From: Promethearchaeota archaeon
GTDB taxonomy: Archaea > Asgardarchaeota > Lokiarchaeia > Sigyniarchaeales > SOKP01
Direction: 5' to 3'
Length of the DNA stretch: 27,708 nucleotides
Assembly: GCA_048938005.1 (NCBI GenBank)
Contig: JBHLMQ010000039.1
Location: 1 to 27,708, forward strand
The position numbers and the translations under genes were made by a program. This document shows positions 17,416 through 26,301 of this stretch, piece after piece (position 1 is the stretch's first letter; each line of letters opens with the position of its first letter). Below the pieces are notes generated by a model, which was not told the origin of the DNA, did not search any database, and worked only from the letters and a program-made list of their open reading frames with translations.

Positions 17416-17705
17416 GGTTTTTTTTTTTTGTTTTTCTCGATTTGGGAAAGTAGATTATTAACATTAATTTTTTCCTTTGTAATAATTTTGTAAGTTTTTG
17501 GATTTGATACTCCATTTAAGGTTAAAATTCCTTCTTCTTCAAGACATTTTAGAGCTCTCCAAATAAAATTGATTTTAGAGCGATCTGAAGATTTAATGTT
17601 ATAACACCGTCTAATCCTCTTAGTATTTACAATGGTAACATTATTATCAATTAATTTATTTATTGCTTCAAGTGTATCTTTCAAATTCTTATGAAAAAAA
17701 TCCAT
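17412..17705 (-). CDS. Small basic winged-helix DNA-binding protein
   Basis: INFIWRALKCLEEEGILTLNGVSNPKTYKI (recognition helix plus wing). SD-like AAGGGGAA upstream on the minus strand. Confidence 0.7.
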   Translation of the reverse strand: MDFFHKNLKDTLEAINKLIDNNVTIVNTKRIRRCYNIKSSDRSKINFIWRALKCLEEEGILTLNGVSNPKTYKIITKEKINVNNLLSQIEKNKKKKP

Positions 17706-17909
17706 GTTTAAAAGATTTCCCCCTTATTAAGATATAATTAGATATACTCTCCTCATTTAAAATATTAATTTAAAAAGTTTAATTGATTTTTTTAAGTATT
17801 ATAAAATTATCTTTTGAGATTTATAAACCTTTCTTACTGTAATTTATTTCTTTCAAGAAGATTAATTTATAAAAATCTAAAACCAAATTAAAATATAATT
17901 GGACCTTTT

Positions 17910-19514
17910 TTAATGTCTAAAGACCCTCTTACCACAGAATACTAAAGAACAGCTTAATTCATCTGCTCGTTTAATTATCTCATCATCTCTAAGTGATCCG
18001 CCAGGATTAATGATAGCTCTCGCGCCAAACTCAACAGCAGCCTCCAAACCATCAGGAAATGGAAAAAAGGAATCTGTACCCATTACAGAATTTTTTAATT
18101 CAGCTTCATGGCCAAATTTAATCGCTTTTTGAGCTGCCAGTTTAACTACATGAACTCTACTTTGTTGCCCAGCTCCAATTCCTATAGTATAGATTCCATC
18201 ATCATAAATTTGAGCAAAACATGCCGAATTCGATTTAGCCCATTTTGAAACTTTATAAGCAAAGATTAATGCTTCCTTTTCAGAATTATTTATCTTTCTT
18301 TTACTTACTACATTCCATTCTTTGATTATCGGTTTACTATCATATTCTTGGACAAGGATACCACCCAATACTCCTCTAATTTCGAGATTTTTATATATAT
18401 TATCTCTTTTATCAAGGAAATCTTTATATTCTATAATAATTAAATTTTCTTTTTGCTTTAATATTTCTAAAGCCTCTAGTTCAAATGATGGTGCCATTAA
18501 AACCTCTAAAAAGATTTTCTCTTTATTAATAATAAATTCAGCGACCTCCGTTGTCAACTCTTTATTGAATCCCCAGATCCCTCCAAATGCGGATAAAGGA
18601 TCTGTACTGAAGGCTTTTTTTACTGATGTTAACTGATCTTTTTTATCAATTGCTATACCATTAGGATTGGTATGCTTTAAAATTGCTGTTATATGATACT
18701 TAGTACCGAAATCTAAAAGAATTTGTATACAAGAATCAATATCTAAATAATTATTGAAAGAAATTTCTTTCCCACCAAGTTTTCTTAGATTATGGAGACC
18801 ATACTTAGCGGAACTGTCTTTATAATAAGCTGCTATTTGATCCCAATTTTCTCCATATCTGCAATCTTGTACCTTTTCATATGTTTTTAAGATTGCATTA
18901 GGCAATATAGATTCTGGATTATAATATTTTTGGAGAAAATTGGCAATCGCAGCATTATAATCTGCCATGTTTGAAAAGACATCTTGTGCAAGAATAATTC
19001 GAGTTCTTTCAGTAATAGCTCCTTTATTTTCTCTTAGTTCTTCTATAATTTCGTCATAATATTCTGGGCTTGGGACCACAATAACATCTGGAAAATTTTT
19101 TGCCGCAGCGCGAATCATAGTTGGTCCTCCGATATCGATCATTTCTAATGCATCACTAAGCACTATACCTGGTTTTTCAATTGCTTCTTTGAATTGGTAT
19201 AAGTTACAAACAACCATATCAATTGGTTTAATATTATATTTATTAGCATCATCAATATCTTTCTGTAAACTTCTACGATATAAAATACCACCTCCAATTT
19301 TTGGATGTAATGTTTTAATTCTGCCATCAAACATCTCTGGTGTGTTAGTAAAATCAGAAATTTTTGTATAATCTATTCCATTTTTTTCTAATAGGCTGCC
19401 AGTACCACCTGTAGATAAAATTTCAATTCCAAATTCATCATTTAATACTTTTACAAACTCAATAATGCCGCTCTTATCAAAGACACTAACTATTGCTCTT
19501 TTTATTTTTTTCAT
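17910..19514 (-). CDS. purH: Bifunctional AICAR transformylase/IMP cyclohydrolase
   Basis: RAIVSVFDKSGI, STGGT, DGRIKTLHP, IDIGGPTMIRAAAKN, RYGEN, KHTNP, DPLSAFGG, KSN, GAGQQSRV, DSFFPFPDG, PGGSLRD and RVFRH. Confidence 0.97.
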   Translation of the reverse strand: MKKIKRAIVSVFDKSGIIEFVKVLNDEFGIEILSTGGTGSLLEKNGIDYTKISDFTNTPEMFDGRIKTLHPKIGGGILYRRSLQKDIDDANKYNIKPIDMVVCNLYQFKEAIEKPGIVLSDALEMIDIGGPTMIRAAAKNFPDVIVVPSPEYYDEIIEELRENKGAITERTRIILAQDVFSNMADYNAAIANFLQKYYNPESILPNAILKTYEKVQDCRYGENWDQIAAYYKDSSAKYGLHNLRKLGGKEISFNNYLDIDSCIQILLDFGTKYHITAILKHTNPNGIAIDKKDQLTSVKKAFSTDPLSAFGGIWGFNKELTTEVAEFIINKEKIFLEVLMAPSFELEALEILKQKENLIIIEYKDFLDKRDNIYKNLEIRGVLGGILVQEYDSKPIIKEWNVVSKRKINNSEKEALIFAYKVSKWAKSNSACFAQIYDDGIYTIGIGAGQQSRVHVVKLAAQKAIKFGHEAELKNSVMGTDSFFPFPDGLEAAVEFGARAIINPGGSLRDDEIIKRADELSCSLVFCGKRVFRH

Positions 19515-19713
19515 GAAAATTCAATTTTAACTAATTTATTTATATTATAAAATTATTAATTACAAAGAAAAGTTTACTGTTGTTAAAACCTAATTAATAT
19601 AATTTTAATAAGGGAAATTAGAGATAAGATTTTAAAATTAAAAAGCATACCAAAAATTATTGTAGATCTGATTTTTTTTCTAAGCGTTTTAATAATAGTC
19701 GGGGAAAAAATAG

Positions 19714-21189
19714 TTAAAATTTACCAATAAGATCATGGGGTTGGGTTTCACGTGAGCCAACAATAGATATTATTCCTAATGAGACCTTTTTCATATCTTG
19801 AACAGATTTTGCTCCCGCATAGATCATCCCATTCGCTAAGCCTTCTTTTAAAGTTGCTAAAACTCCAGAAACATCTCCCACATAAGGAACATAATTAGAT
19901 ACTCCCTCTGTTAGCATTTTTGAACCCTCTATATAACGATCTGAAATATAACCAAAAGTTCTTGCTTCTTTACTTCCCATACCACGGTATACTTTTACTT
20001 TTCTTCCTGCAATAGTATCAATAAAGCCAGGAGATTCTTCAGTACCAGCAAAAAAATGTCCTGACATTATAAGATCAGCACCGGCAGCAAATGCCTTTGG
20101 TAGATCTCCAGGATTCTTAAATCCTCCATCCGCTATTAATCTTATTTTTGAGTTATAATCTGTAATCGCATCTGCAACTTGAGCAGTTGCAAAGAGAGTG
20201 GGTGCGCCTACTCCTGTCTGTATTGAAGTAGTACATATTGAACCAGATCCCATACCAACCTTTAGACCAATAAATTTTTCTTCTGAAAAATCACATTTAG
20301 TTATTAAATATTCTGCTGCTTCATATGTTCCTACGTTCCCTAATACAAAATTTGAATCCAAAAGTTTCATTAACTTTTTTGTGCCCTCAATATCAGCCTT
20401 TTTATAAAAATCAGCTACGTCAATGAAGAAAATGTCAACATACTTATCAATCTCTTTCAATAACTCTTGATTCTGAGAAGATTCTGGAAATTTAGGAGAT
20501 AAAGCTAGTGCACATAGTAGATGTCCTTCTTCATCTTTAGAAGCAAAGGGAAATTCTGGCGCCAAATCCTTCTTTGTAATCAAACCTTTCAAATATCCTT
20601 CATCATCGATAATTGGCAACTTTTCCTTACGTGACTCATATAAAATCTTTAGAGCTTCTTCTCTAGAAGTACCAGGTTTAATAGATATAACATTTTTAGT
20701 CATATAATCTTTTACAGTACCATTTTGTATATCCTGTTTAAAAAATGGAATATCTCTTTTAGTAAAAATCCCACAAACTTTCTTATATTCATTAGTTACG
20801 ACAATACCACTTATATTATAATTTTCCATCATAAATTTGGCTTTAGCAACTGCAGCATTAGGGCTAATTGTTGCTACATGCGTATCATCAATTACAAAAG
20901 ACCTAGCTCGCTTTACAATTCTACACATTTCTAATTGTCTCTCGTAAGAACAATTACGATGTAAAACTCCAAGACCACCATGTAAAGCCATATTAATAGC
21001 CATTAATTCCTCTGTGACCGTATCCATAGCAGAAGACATTATAGGTAAATTAAAATGGTATTTTCCTAAATCCGAAGATATGTCAACCTCATCTGGAGCG
21101 AAATTTGTAAAACCAGGGAGGATCAGAACGTCATCAAACGTGGCTATAAGTTCCTTTGAATGAATTTTTTTGCGATAATAATCTGACAC
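19714..21189 (-). CDS. guaB: Inosine-5'-monophosphate dehydrogenase (with CBS subdomain)
   Basis: [28 protein letters not shown], catalytic loop [23 protein letters not shown], flap SDRY and EGV. GTG start preceded by GGTGATT. Confidence 0.95.
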   Translation of the reverse strand: MSDYYRKKIHSKELIATFDDVLILPGFTNFAPDEVDISSDLGKYHFNLPIMSSAMDTVTEELMAINMALHGGLGVLHRNCSYERQLEMCRIVKRARSFVIDDTHVATISPNAAVAKAKFMMENYNISGIVVTNEYKKVCGIFTKRDIPFFKQDIQNGTVKDYMTKNVISIKPGTSREEALKILYESRKEKLPIIDDEGYLKGLITKKDLAPEFPFASKDEEGHLLCALALSPKFPESSQNQELLKEIDKYVDIFFIDVADFYKKADIEGTKKLMKLLDSNFVLGNVGTYEAAEYLITKCDFSEEKFIGLKVGMGSGSICTTSIQTGVGAPTLFATAQVADAITDYNSKIRLIADGGFKNPGDLPKAFAAGADLIMSGHFFAGTEESPGFIDTIAGRKVKVYRGMGSKEARTFGYISDRYIEGSKMLTEGVSNYVPYVGDVSGVLATLKEGLANGMIYAGAKSVQDMKKVSLGIISIVGSRETQPHDLIGKF

Positions 21190-21436
21190 TAATAATCACC
21201 GATTTTAATTGATTTAATTATGAGTTTTCGAATTAATAAATAAATTTTGAATTTTAATAATAAAGAAAATTTTCCTTATAAAATTTTGTTATGAATTAAT
21301 AATTACTACTAAAATTAACATTATAAAGATTGTCGTAATAACAATTCAATAGACTTATTGAATAATAGAAAATATGAATCTTTATATTTACTATTAAATA
21401 ATAAAAATCATATTAAATTAAATTTAAACCAGAAAA

Positions 21437-22480
21437 TTGCAAGTTGAGAATCATATGAAGTTTAGATTCAATCTACAATCATTAAAATCCCCATACATTA
21501 AAATAATTTTATTATTAGCAATTTCTTTTCTATTATCAATGATTAGACCTGTATTACTTTACTTTGGGTATTCTATGGCAGATATGCCCGATGCTGTACA
21601 TTATGCTACAATGGTAGAATCTTTTCGGGGAAATGCAAATCTATTTGATGTCCCACCTGCTTGGAGAATTAGGATTTTAGTACCCCTTCTTGCATCAATA
21701 ATCCCGGTGAATGCTTATATATCCTTAAATATAGTAAGTATTATTTTTAACCTACTCGCTGTCTTTTTCTTCCATCAATTCTTGTCATATTTTGAAATCA
21801 GTCCTAAACAACAATTTTTAGGAACCCTAATCTATATCTTTACTGCACCAGTAATAGTTTTAGGATTTACACCTCTAACCGATTCAGCTGGAATATTTTT
21901 CATCATTATTTCTCTTTATCTATATACCATATTGATTAAAGAATCATCAAGAAATAACCTCAAAAATTACATAATAATTGGAGTTACCATAGGATTAGGT
22001 GTTCTTGCTAGAGAAACAGTAATATTTGTTATTCCTGTTTTGGTTTTATGGAAAATTATCGATGAAAAAATTCAATGGAAGTCTTTAGTTCAATTTATTA
22101 TTGGGATTGGGCTAATTCCTATACTAATATATTTGATATTAGTATTAATTATTGGAGATATATCTTTAGGTCCAATTAGTCTTTCAAGAATAATTGAAAA
22201 TTTTAAAGATTTATTTGATGAGAGAACTTTAGCAACAATTGCCCAACTAACATTTCTATTGTTGATTGGTATTTATGGAAATTACTTTCCTATTGTGAAA
22301 AAATCTAAAATTATTTGGAAATTGATATTAGGGATGGCGTGTTTTTTAATACCATTTATTTATGCGTTTTTATACTTAGATATGTCATTTCGATTCTTTT
22401 GGGCATTTTTTATTTTTGCTATACCATTTTTCATTCTTAGTATTGATAAATTAAGCTCTAAGATTTATCAGGAAAAATAA
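21437..22480 (+). CDS. GT-C fold membrane glycosyltransferase (GT39/GT83/PMT-like)
   Basis: First TM followed by luminal-loop D-x-x-x-Y (PDAVHY), then PPAWRIRILVP, PLTD and LGVLARET; about 9-10 TMs. True start may be the ATG at 21455. Confidence 0.7.
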   Translation: MQVENHMKFRFNLQSLKSPYIKIILLLAISFLLSMIRPVLLYFGYSMADMPDAVHYATMVESFRGNANLFDVPPAWRIRILVPLLASIIPVNAYISLNIVSIIFNLLAVFFFHQFLSYFEISPKQQFLGTLIYIFTAPVIVLGFTPLTDSAGIFFIIISLYLYTILIKESSRNNLKNYIIIGVTIGLGVLARETVIFVIPVLVLWKIIDEKIQWKSLVQFIIGIGLIPILIYLILVLIIGDISLGPISLSRIIENFKDLFDERTLATIAQLTFLLLIGIYGNYFPIVKKSKIIWKLILGMACFLIPFIYAFLYLDMSFRFFWAFFIFAIPFFILSIDKLSSKIYQEK

Positions 22481-22552
22481 TTTTTTTTTTTATTTTTTAA
22501 ATTTTAAAACTTCAAATGTATTTTAATTAAAAAAATAAAAAAAAGTAATAGA
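22481..22552. terminator. Bidirectional oligo-T/oligo-A terminator region between convergent genes
   Basis: T12 run immediately after the + strand stop at 22480, and A-runs (T-runs on the minus strand) at ~22529-22544 after the permease stop. Confidence 0.5.
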
Positions 22553-22553
22553 T

Positions 22554-23369
22554 TTAAACCGGGATATCTCGTTTATTGAAGATTATTACCGATCCTACTG
22601 TTAAAGCAATAGAATAAATTGAAAGAAACGAAATTTTTAATGGAACCAATTCCCAATTACTATTTACAAGCAAATTTGACATATCAGAATAATAGAAAAT
22701 GCTAATATATTTTATATTTTGTATACTTTCATCAAAAGATTTCCAAAATTGACCTACTACATAGAGAAATATTATTACTCCCATCGATAACACGAGTGCC
22801 ATTTTAGGATTCTTAAATGTCGAAAAGAAAAATGCCGTACTTATCAAAGCTAAATTGAATAATAAAACTACAAGAAACGCAACCCCAATTTCAGTAAAAT
22901 TAACTTCACTAAGATTGACATTGGGAAAAATAAAAGCTGCTATTATCGTTGCTATGTATACTCCTCCAAGAACAATGCAAGCACCGAAGATATGAAATAA
23001 GAATTTTCCTAATGATAACTCCCATCTATTAATCGGTTTGGATAACATTAAATCAATTGTTTTATTGTCGATTTCTTTTGGGATATCTTGTGAAGCTTTC
23101 AAAATGAAGTAAATTCCAAAGAAAAACCACGACATTGAAAGTAGATATATATTTAAAAAACCACCAAATTTGGTTAATGAGTAATATTCCCCAACCATTT
23201 GCCGTATGATTTCTGGATAGTTCTTTAGCAAATCTGCCATTTGTTGAAAAAATACAGGATCCCAGAATGATGTAAACCAGATGTAAAATATTGCCATAAT
23301 ACTCGTGTATATAATAATTCCTTTACGGCTTGCTTTTAGTTCCTTCCATGTTATCTTAAATACTTTTAT
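22554..23369 (-). CDS. ABC-2 type exporter permease; probable real start is ATA at 23369 (track start 23297 is 24 codons downstream)
   Basis: IPKEIDNKTIDLMLSKPINRWELSLGKF and terminal FNKRDI motifs. The in-frame extension (I/M)KVFKITWKELKASRKGIIIYTSI is a typical ABC-2 N-terminus, with GGAGGTG 7 nt upstream of the ATA. Confidence 0.88.
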   Translation of the reverse strand: MKVFKITWKELKASRKGIIIYTSIMAIFYIWFTSFWDPVFFQQMADLLKNYPEIIRQMVGEYYSLTKFGGFLNIYLLSMSWFFFGIYFILKASQDIPKEIDNKTIDLMLSKPINRWELSLGKFLFHIFGACIVLGGVYIATIIAAFIFPNVNLSEVNFTEIGVAFLVVLLFNLALISTAFFFSTFKNPKMALVLSMGVIIFLYVVGQFWKSFDESIQNIKYISIFYYSDMSNLLVNSNWELVPLKISFLSIYSIALTVGSVIIFNKRDIPV

Positions 23370-24322
23370 GAAATTTCACCTCCTTCTGAATTCTCATTTT
23401 TATAATATTGCATGAAAATATTTTCTAATGTAGAATGAGTAACTGTTATATCTTTTATAGGAGATCCATCCCAATTTTTCTCACTAATTTCATGTAAGAC
23501 AGTTCGAGTCTGTTCAGGTGAAACTAAAAATTGTAATTCTACCTGATAAGATTGTTTTATAATAGCTTCAGGAACCTCAGATACCAGATATGATTGAAAG
23601 GCTTCCAAACTCGCAGGAGTTTCGAAAATTAATTCAATATTTTTTAGATTTTTTGCTTTAAGATCATTCACATCGGAAATTTCTGCGATTTTTCCCTTCT
23701 TTATAATAGCTACCCGATCGCAGAATTTCTCTACCTCTGCGAGTACGTGACTACAAAGAAATATTGTACATTTCGATTCTTTTTGACGCTCAGATACAAT
23801 TCGATAAAATTCAGATTGCATTAAAGGATCAAGTCCAGAAGTCGGTTCATCCATAATTAGAAGATCAAATTTACCCATCAAAGCTGTTAAGACGCCAACT
23901 TTTTGTTTATTTCCTTTACTTAATACTCCCATTTTTCTTTCTAAATCTAATTTAAGACGCTCTCTAACTTCATCAACGAATCTCCAATCAATTTCAATAT
24001 CATAAAGCTTAGCAAAATACTTTATCAATTGATTAGCTGTCATATTTTTATATATTCCCAATTCCCCTGGTAAGTATCCTATTCGATTACGTATATTAAC
24101 ATCTTTTTTTGGATTGATTTTTTCACCTAAAATAGTAATATCTCCTGCATCAGCATTAAGAAAACCAAGTATACAGCGAATTGTAGTTGTTTTTCCAGCA
24201 CCATTTGGCCCTAAATAGCCAAATCGGGAACCTTGAGGCACATCAAAGGAAATATCATCTACAGCCTTAACCTTGCCATGATCATAATATTTTTTTAAGT
24301 TTTTAACCTCTATTGCATTCAT
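23366..24322 (-). CDS. ABC transporter ATP-binding protein (DrrA/CcmA-like exporter)
   Basis: Walker A GPNGAGKTT, Q-loop-region GYLPGE, signature LSKGNKQK, Walker B LLIMDEPTSGLDP, H-loop CSH. SD AGGTGA upstream. Confidence 0.96.
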   Translation of the reverse strand: MNAIEVKNLKKYYDHGKVKAVDDISFDVPQGSRFGYLGPNGAGKTTTIRCILGFLNADAGDITILGEKINPKKDVNIRNRIGYLPGELGIYKNMTANQLIKYFAKLYDIEIDWRFVDEVRERLKLDLERKMGVLSKGNKQKVGVLTALMGKFDLLIMDEPTSGLDPLMQSEFYRIVSERQKESKCTIFLCSHVLAEVEKFCDRVAIIKKGKIAEISDVNDLKAKNLKNIELIFETPASLEAFQSYLVSEVPEAIIKQSYQVELQFLVSPEQTRTVLHEISEKNWDGSPIKDITVTHSTLENIFMQYYKNENSEGGEIS

Positions 24323-24337
24323 TTAATCACCTTTCTC

Positions 24338-24429
24338 ATTCTTCATGAATAATGAAGAATCCAATATTATATTATGAAACTGCATATATAAATCTTTCAT
24401 TTTTCATGAAAGATGAAAAATTATAAATA
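24338..24429. promoter_or_regulatory. Divergent promoter with two copies of a 23-bp palindromic operator ATTYTTCAT-N5-ATGAARAAT
   Basis: ATTCTTCAT-gaata-ATGAAGAAT (24338-24360) and ATTTTTCAT-gaaag-ATGAAAAAT (24399-24421), each with perfect 9-bp arms. Minus-strand BRE/TATA GAAAGA-TTTATATA (TATA 24385-24392) and plus-strand GAAAAA-TTATAAATA (TATA 24421-24429). Confidence 0.8.
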
Positions 24430-24457
24430 ATTATTTCCACTTTAATAATATTAAGGA

Positions 24458-24976
24458 ATGATAGACGAGAAACTTTTGCCTGAAAATCATATATTTGAAG
24501 GAAAGATAAAAGAATATGAACAAATTCTAATTGATTTTGTATTGGATTCAGGACGAGCGAAAAGTGTTGATCCTAATCTTCAATTAATTCTTGGTTATAT
24601 TGGAATACACAAACAACTAACTCAGAAACAGTTAAAAGATTTAACAGGACTCTCAACAGGAACCATCTCTAAAAAATTGAGAGATATATTAGCCTTATGT
24701 ATTGTAGAAAAAAAAAGAATTCCAAAAACTAATGAATATCTCTATGTTAATACACCTGAATCCTATGGAAATATCGCGGATACAACCTTGGAGGATTTCA
24801 CAAAAATTAATGAATTTCTTAAAAAAAAAATAATTGAGCTTGAGAAACTGAGTGATAAAAACGGAGCAAAGTTTCTTGCTAAGCGATTAAAAGGCTTAAT
24901 TAAAACTTTTGAAACCGTTCAAAATATCTGGTCTGATATTGAGTTTATTTTTACACAGCAGAAGAAAGAAAATTAA
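24458..24976 (+). CDS. GbsR/MarR-family winged-helix transcriptional regulator
   Basis: LILGYIGIHKQLTQKQLKDLTGLSTGTISKKLRDIL...VEKKRIP....YLY followed by long helices. Confidence 0.85.
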   Translation: MIDEKLLPENHIFEGKIKEYEQILIDFVLDSGRAKSVDPNLQLILGYIGIHKQLTQKQLKDLTGLSTGTISKKLRDILALCIVEKKRIPKTNEYLYVNTPESYGNIADTTLEDFTKINEFLKKKIIELEKLSDKNGAKFLAKRLKGLIKTFETVQNIWSDIEFIFTQQKKEN

Positions 24977-24978
24977 TC

Positions 24979-25509
24979 ATGAAAATAGAAGAGAAATTTG
25001 ATCCTGAAATTAAAAAAATAGAAAGTGAGATAATTGAAAATTTATTAAATTATACTATTTTCTCTGTGCGGGGTAAAATAACTTCAACCATTCTTTTCTA
25101 CTTCATCACTCGGAAACATTTAACTCAGTCTAAACTCCAGAACTTAACAAGATTTTCTGCAGGAAAGATATCGCAAGAACTAAATGATTTTTTAGAGTTT
25201 AATTTAATAAAGATATTCAAAAAATCAAAACCATGGGTATATTCTATGGAATCCGTTTTAGTAGAAACATTTAGTAGGGCGATTAACCTCCTTAGGTCAA
25301 ATCTCAAATGGGAGGTAAAATTTCTTGAAATGAAAAAAGAGATGGAAGTAAATGAGGAAGAACTTAAAAAATTTAACGGATATGATAAGGTAAAGGATTT
25401 TCTTGAAGAAAATTTAAGGAGATTTGTAGGATTCAAGAGGATATTAAAACTTTGGGAAGAGCTAAAAAAAAAATATGAAAGTGAACCCCTACCAAATCAG
25501 CGGAATTAA
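24979..25509 (+). CDS. GbsR/MarR-family winged-helix transcriptional regulator (paralogue of the upstream gene)
   Basis: ILFYFITRKHLTQSKLQNLTRFSAGKISQELNDFLEFNLI....KPWVYSM; 2-nt gap to the upstream paralogue. Confidence 0.82.
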   Translation: MKIEEKFDPEIKKIESEIIENLLNYTIFSVRGKITSTILFYFITRKHLTQSKLQNLTRFSAGKISQELNDFLEFNLIKIFKKSKPWVYSMESVLVETFSRAINLLRSNLKWEVKFLEMKKEMEVNEEELKKFNGYDKVKDFLEENLRRFVGFKRILKLWEELKKKYESEPLPNQRN

Positions 25510-26169
25510 TTTTTTCTTAGTTTGTTGAGCATATTCCTTGTATCCCTCAAGTTCCTCATGCAGTTTTCTATCTTCTAATAAAGTACGGATTACTAATCCT
25601 ACAACTCCAAGTGCTGTTGGAATAAGTGAGAAAAGAGAACCAAGAGCTAAACAATAAAATACTATGAATAGAATAAATCCCAAATACATTGGATGACGTA
25701 CGATTCTATAAGGTCCAGTAGTGATAACTATATGTCCTCTTTCTTCCTGAATCTCTACTGCTTTTGATAAGAAGGTGTTTTCTTTCATAACTAAAAAGAT
25801 AATTACTAAACCTAGAGATAGTACTGCAAACCCTATAATTTCAACCCAGAATGGAACATATGACCACCCATACTTTCTTTCAAATCCAGGAATTATAAAT
25901 GTTGGAAAAAATCCAAACCCCATTAACACCATAACAATCTTATCCCATTTTTCTACGAATTTGGGTTTAGCTCTCTGCTGAAGCATTTCAGGGTCATGTT
26001 TACCAAAATATAAAACTACTACGGTGAAAAAAAGTGAAAATATTACAAGATAAATCCAAGCTTCAAGCCAAAGAAAAGTCCAAGCTGGAAGAAATAAGCC
26101 TAACCCAAGGAATATGGTAACCATATACACAGCTACTAATAATAATGGTTTACTTATTTGTTTAGGCAT
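25489..26169 (-). CDS. Isoprenylcysteine carboxyl methyltransferase (ICMT/PEMT) family membrane protein
   Basis: Multi-TM protein with ENTFLS..VEIQ..RGHIVITTGPYRIVRHPMYLG and RTLLEDRKL..ELEGYKEY.....KLIPLIW. Confidence 0.92.
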   Translation of the reverse strand: MPKQISKPLLLVAVYMVTIFLGLGLFLPAWTFLWLEAWIYLVIFSLFFTVVVLYFGKHDPEMLQQRAKPKFVEKWDKIVMVLMGFGFFPTFIIPGFERKYGWSYVPFWVEIIGFAVLSLGLVIIFLVMKENTFLSKAVEIQEERGHIVITTGPYRIVRHPMYLGFILFIVFYCLALGSLFSLIPTALGVVGLVIRTLLEDRKLHEELEGYKEYAQQTKKKLIPLIW

Positions 26170-26301
26170 AGATAGAAATAACCTTCATCACTTTTAATTA
26201 TATTAGTCTTTTTTCTTGATAACTATTAGTCATTGATATTTAGGTTTTAATATTAATTCATAATAAAAAAAAAAAAGAATAAAAAAATTTGATTAGTCTA
26301 A

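Noticed and set aside
8345-26169. A eukaryote-like CAAX prenylation pathway (prenyltransferase-beta-like plus ICMT-like genes)
   Set aside because: The genes are ~16 kb apart. The prenyltransferase-fold protein is predicted extracellular and lacks evident zinc ligands, ICMT-family proteins are common in prokaryotes, and none of the accepted proteins ends in a CAAX box.
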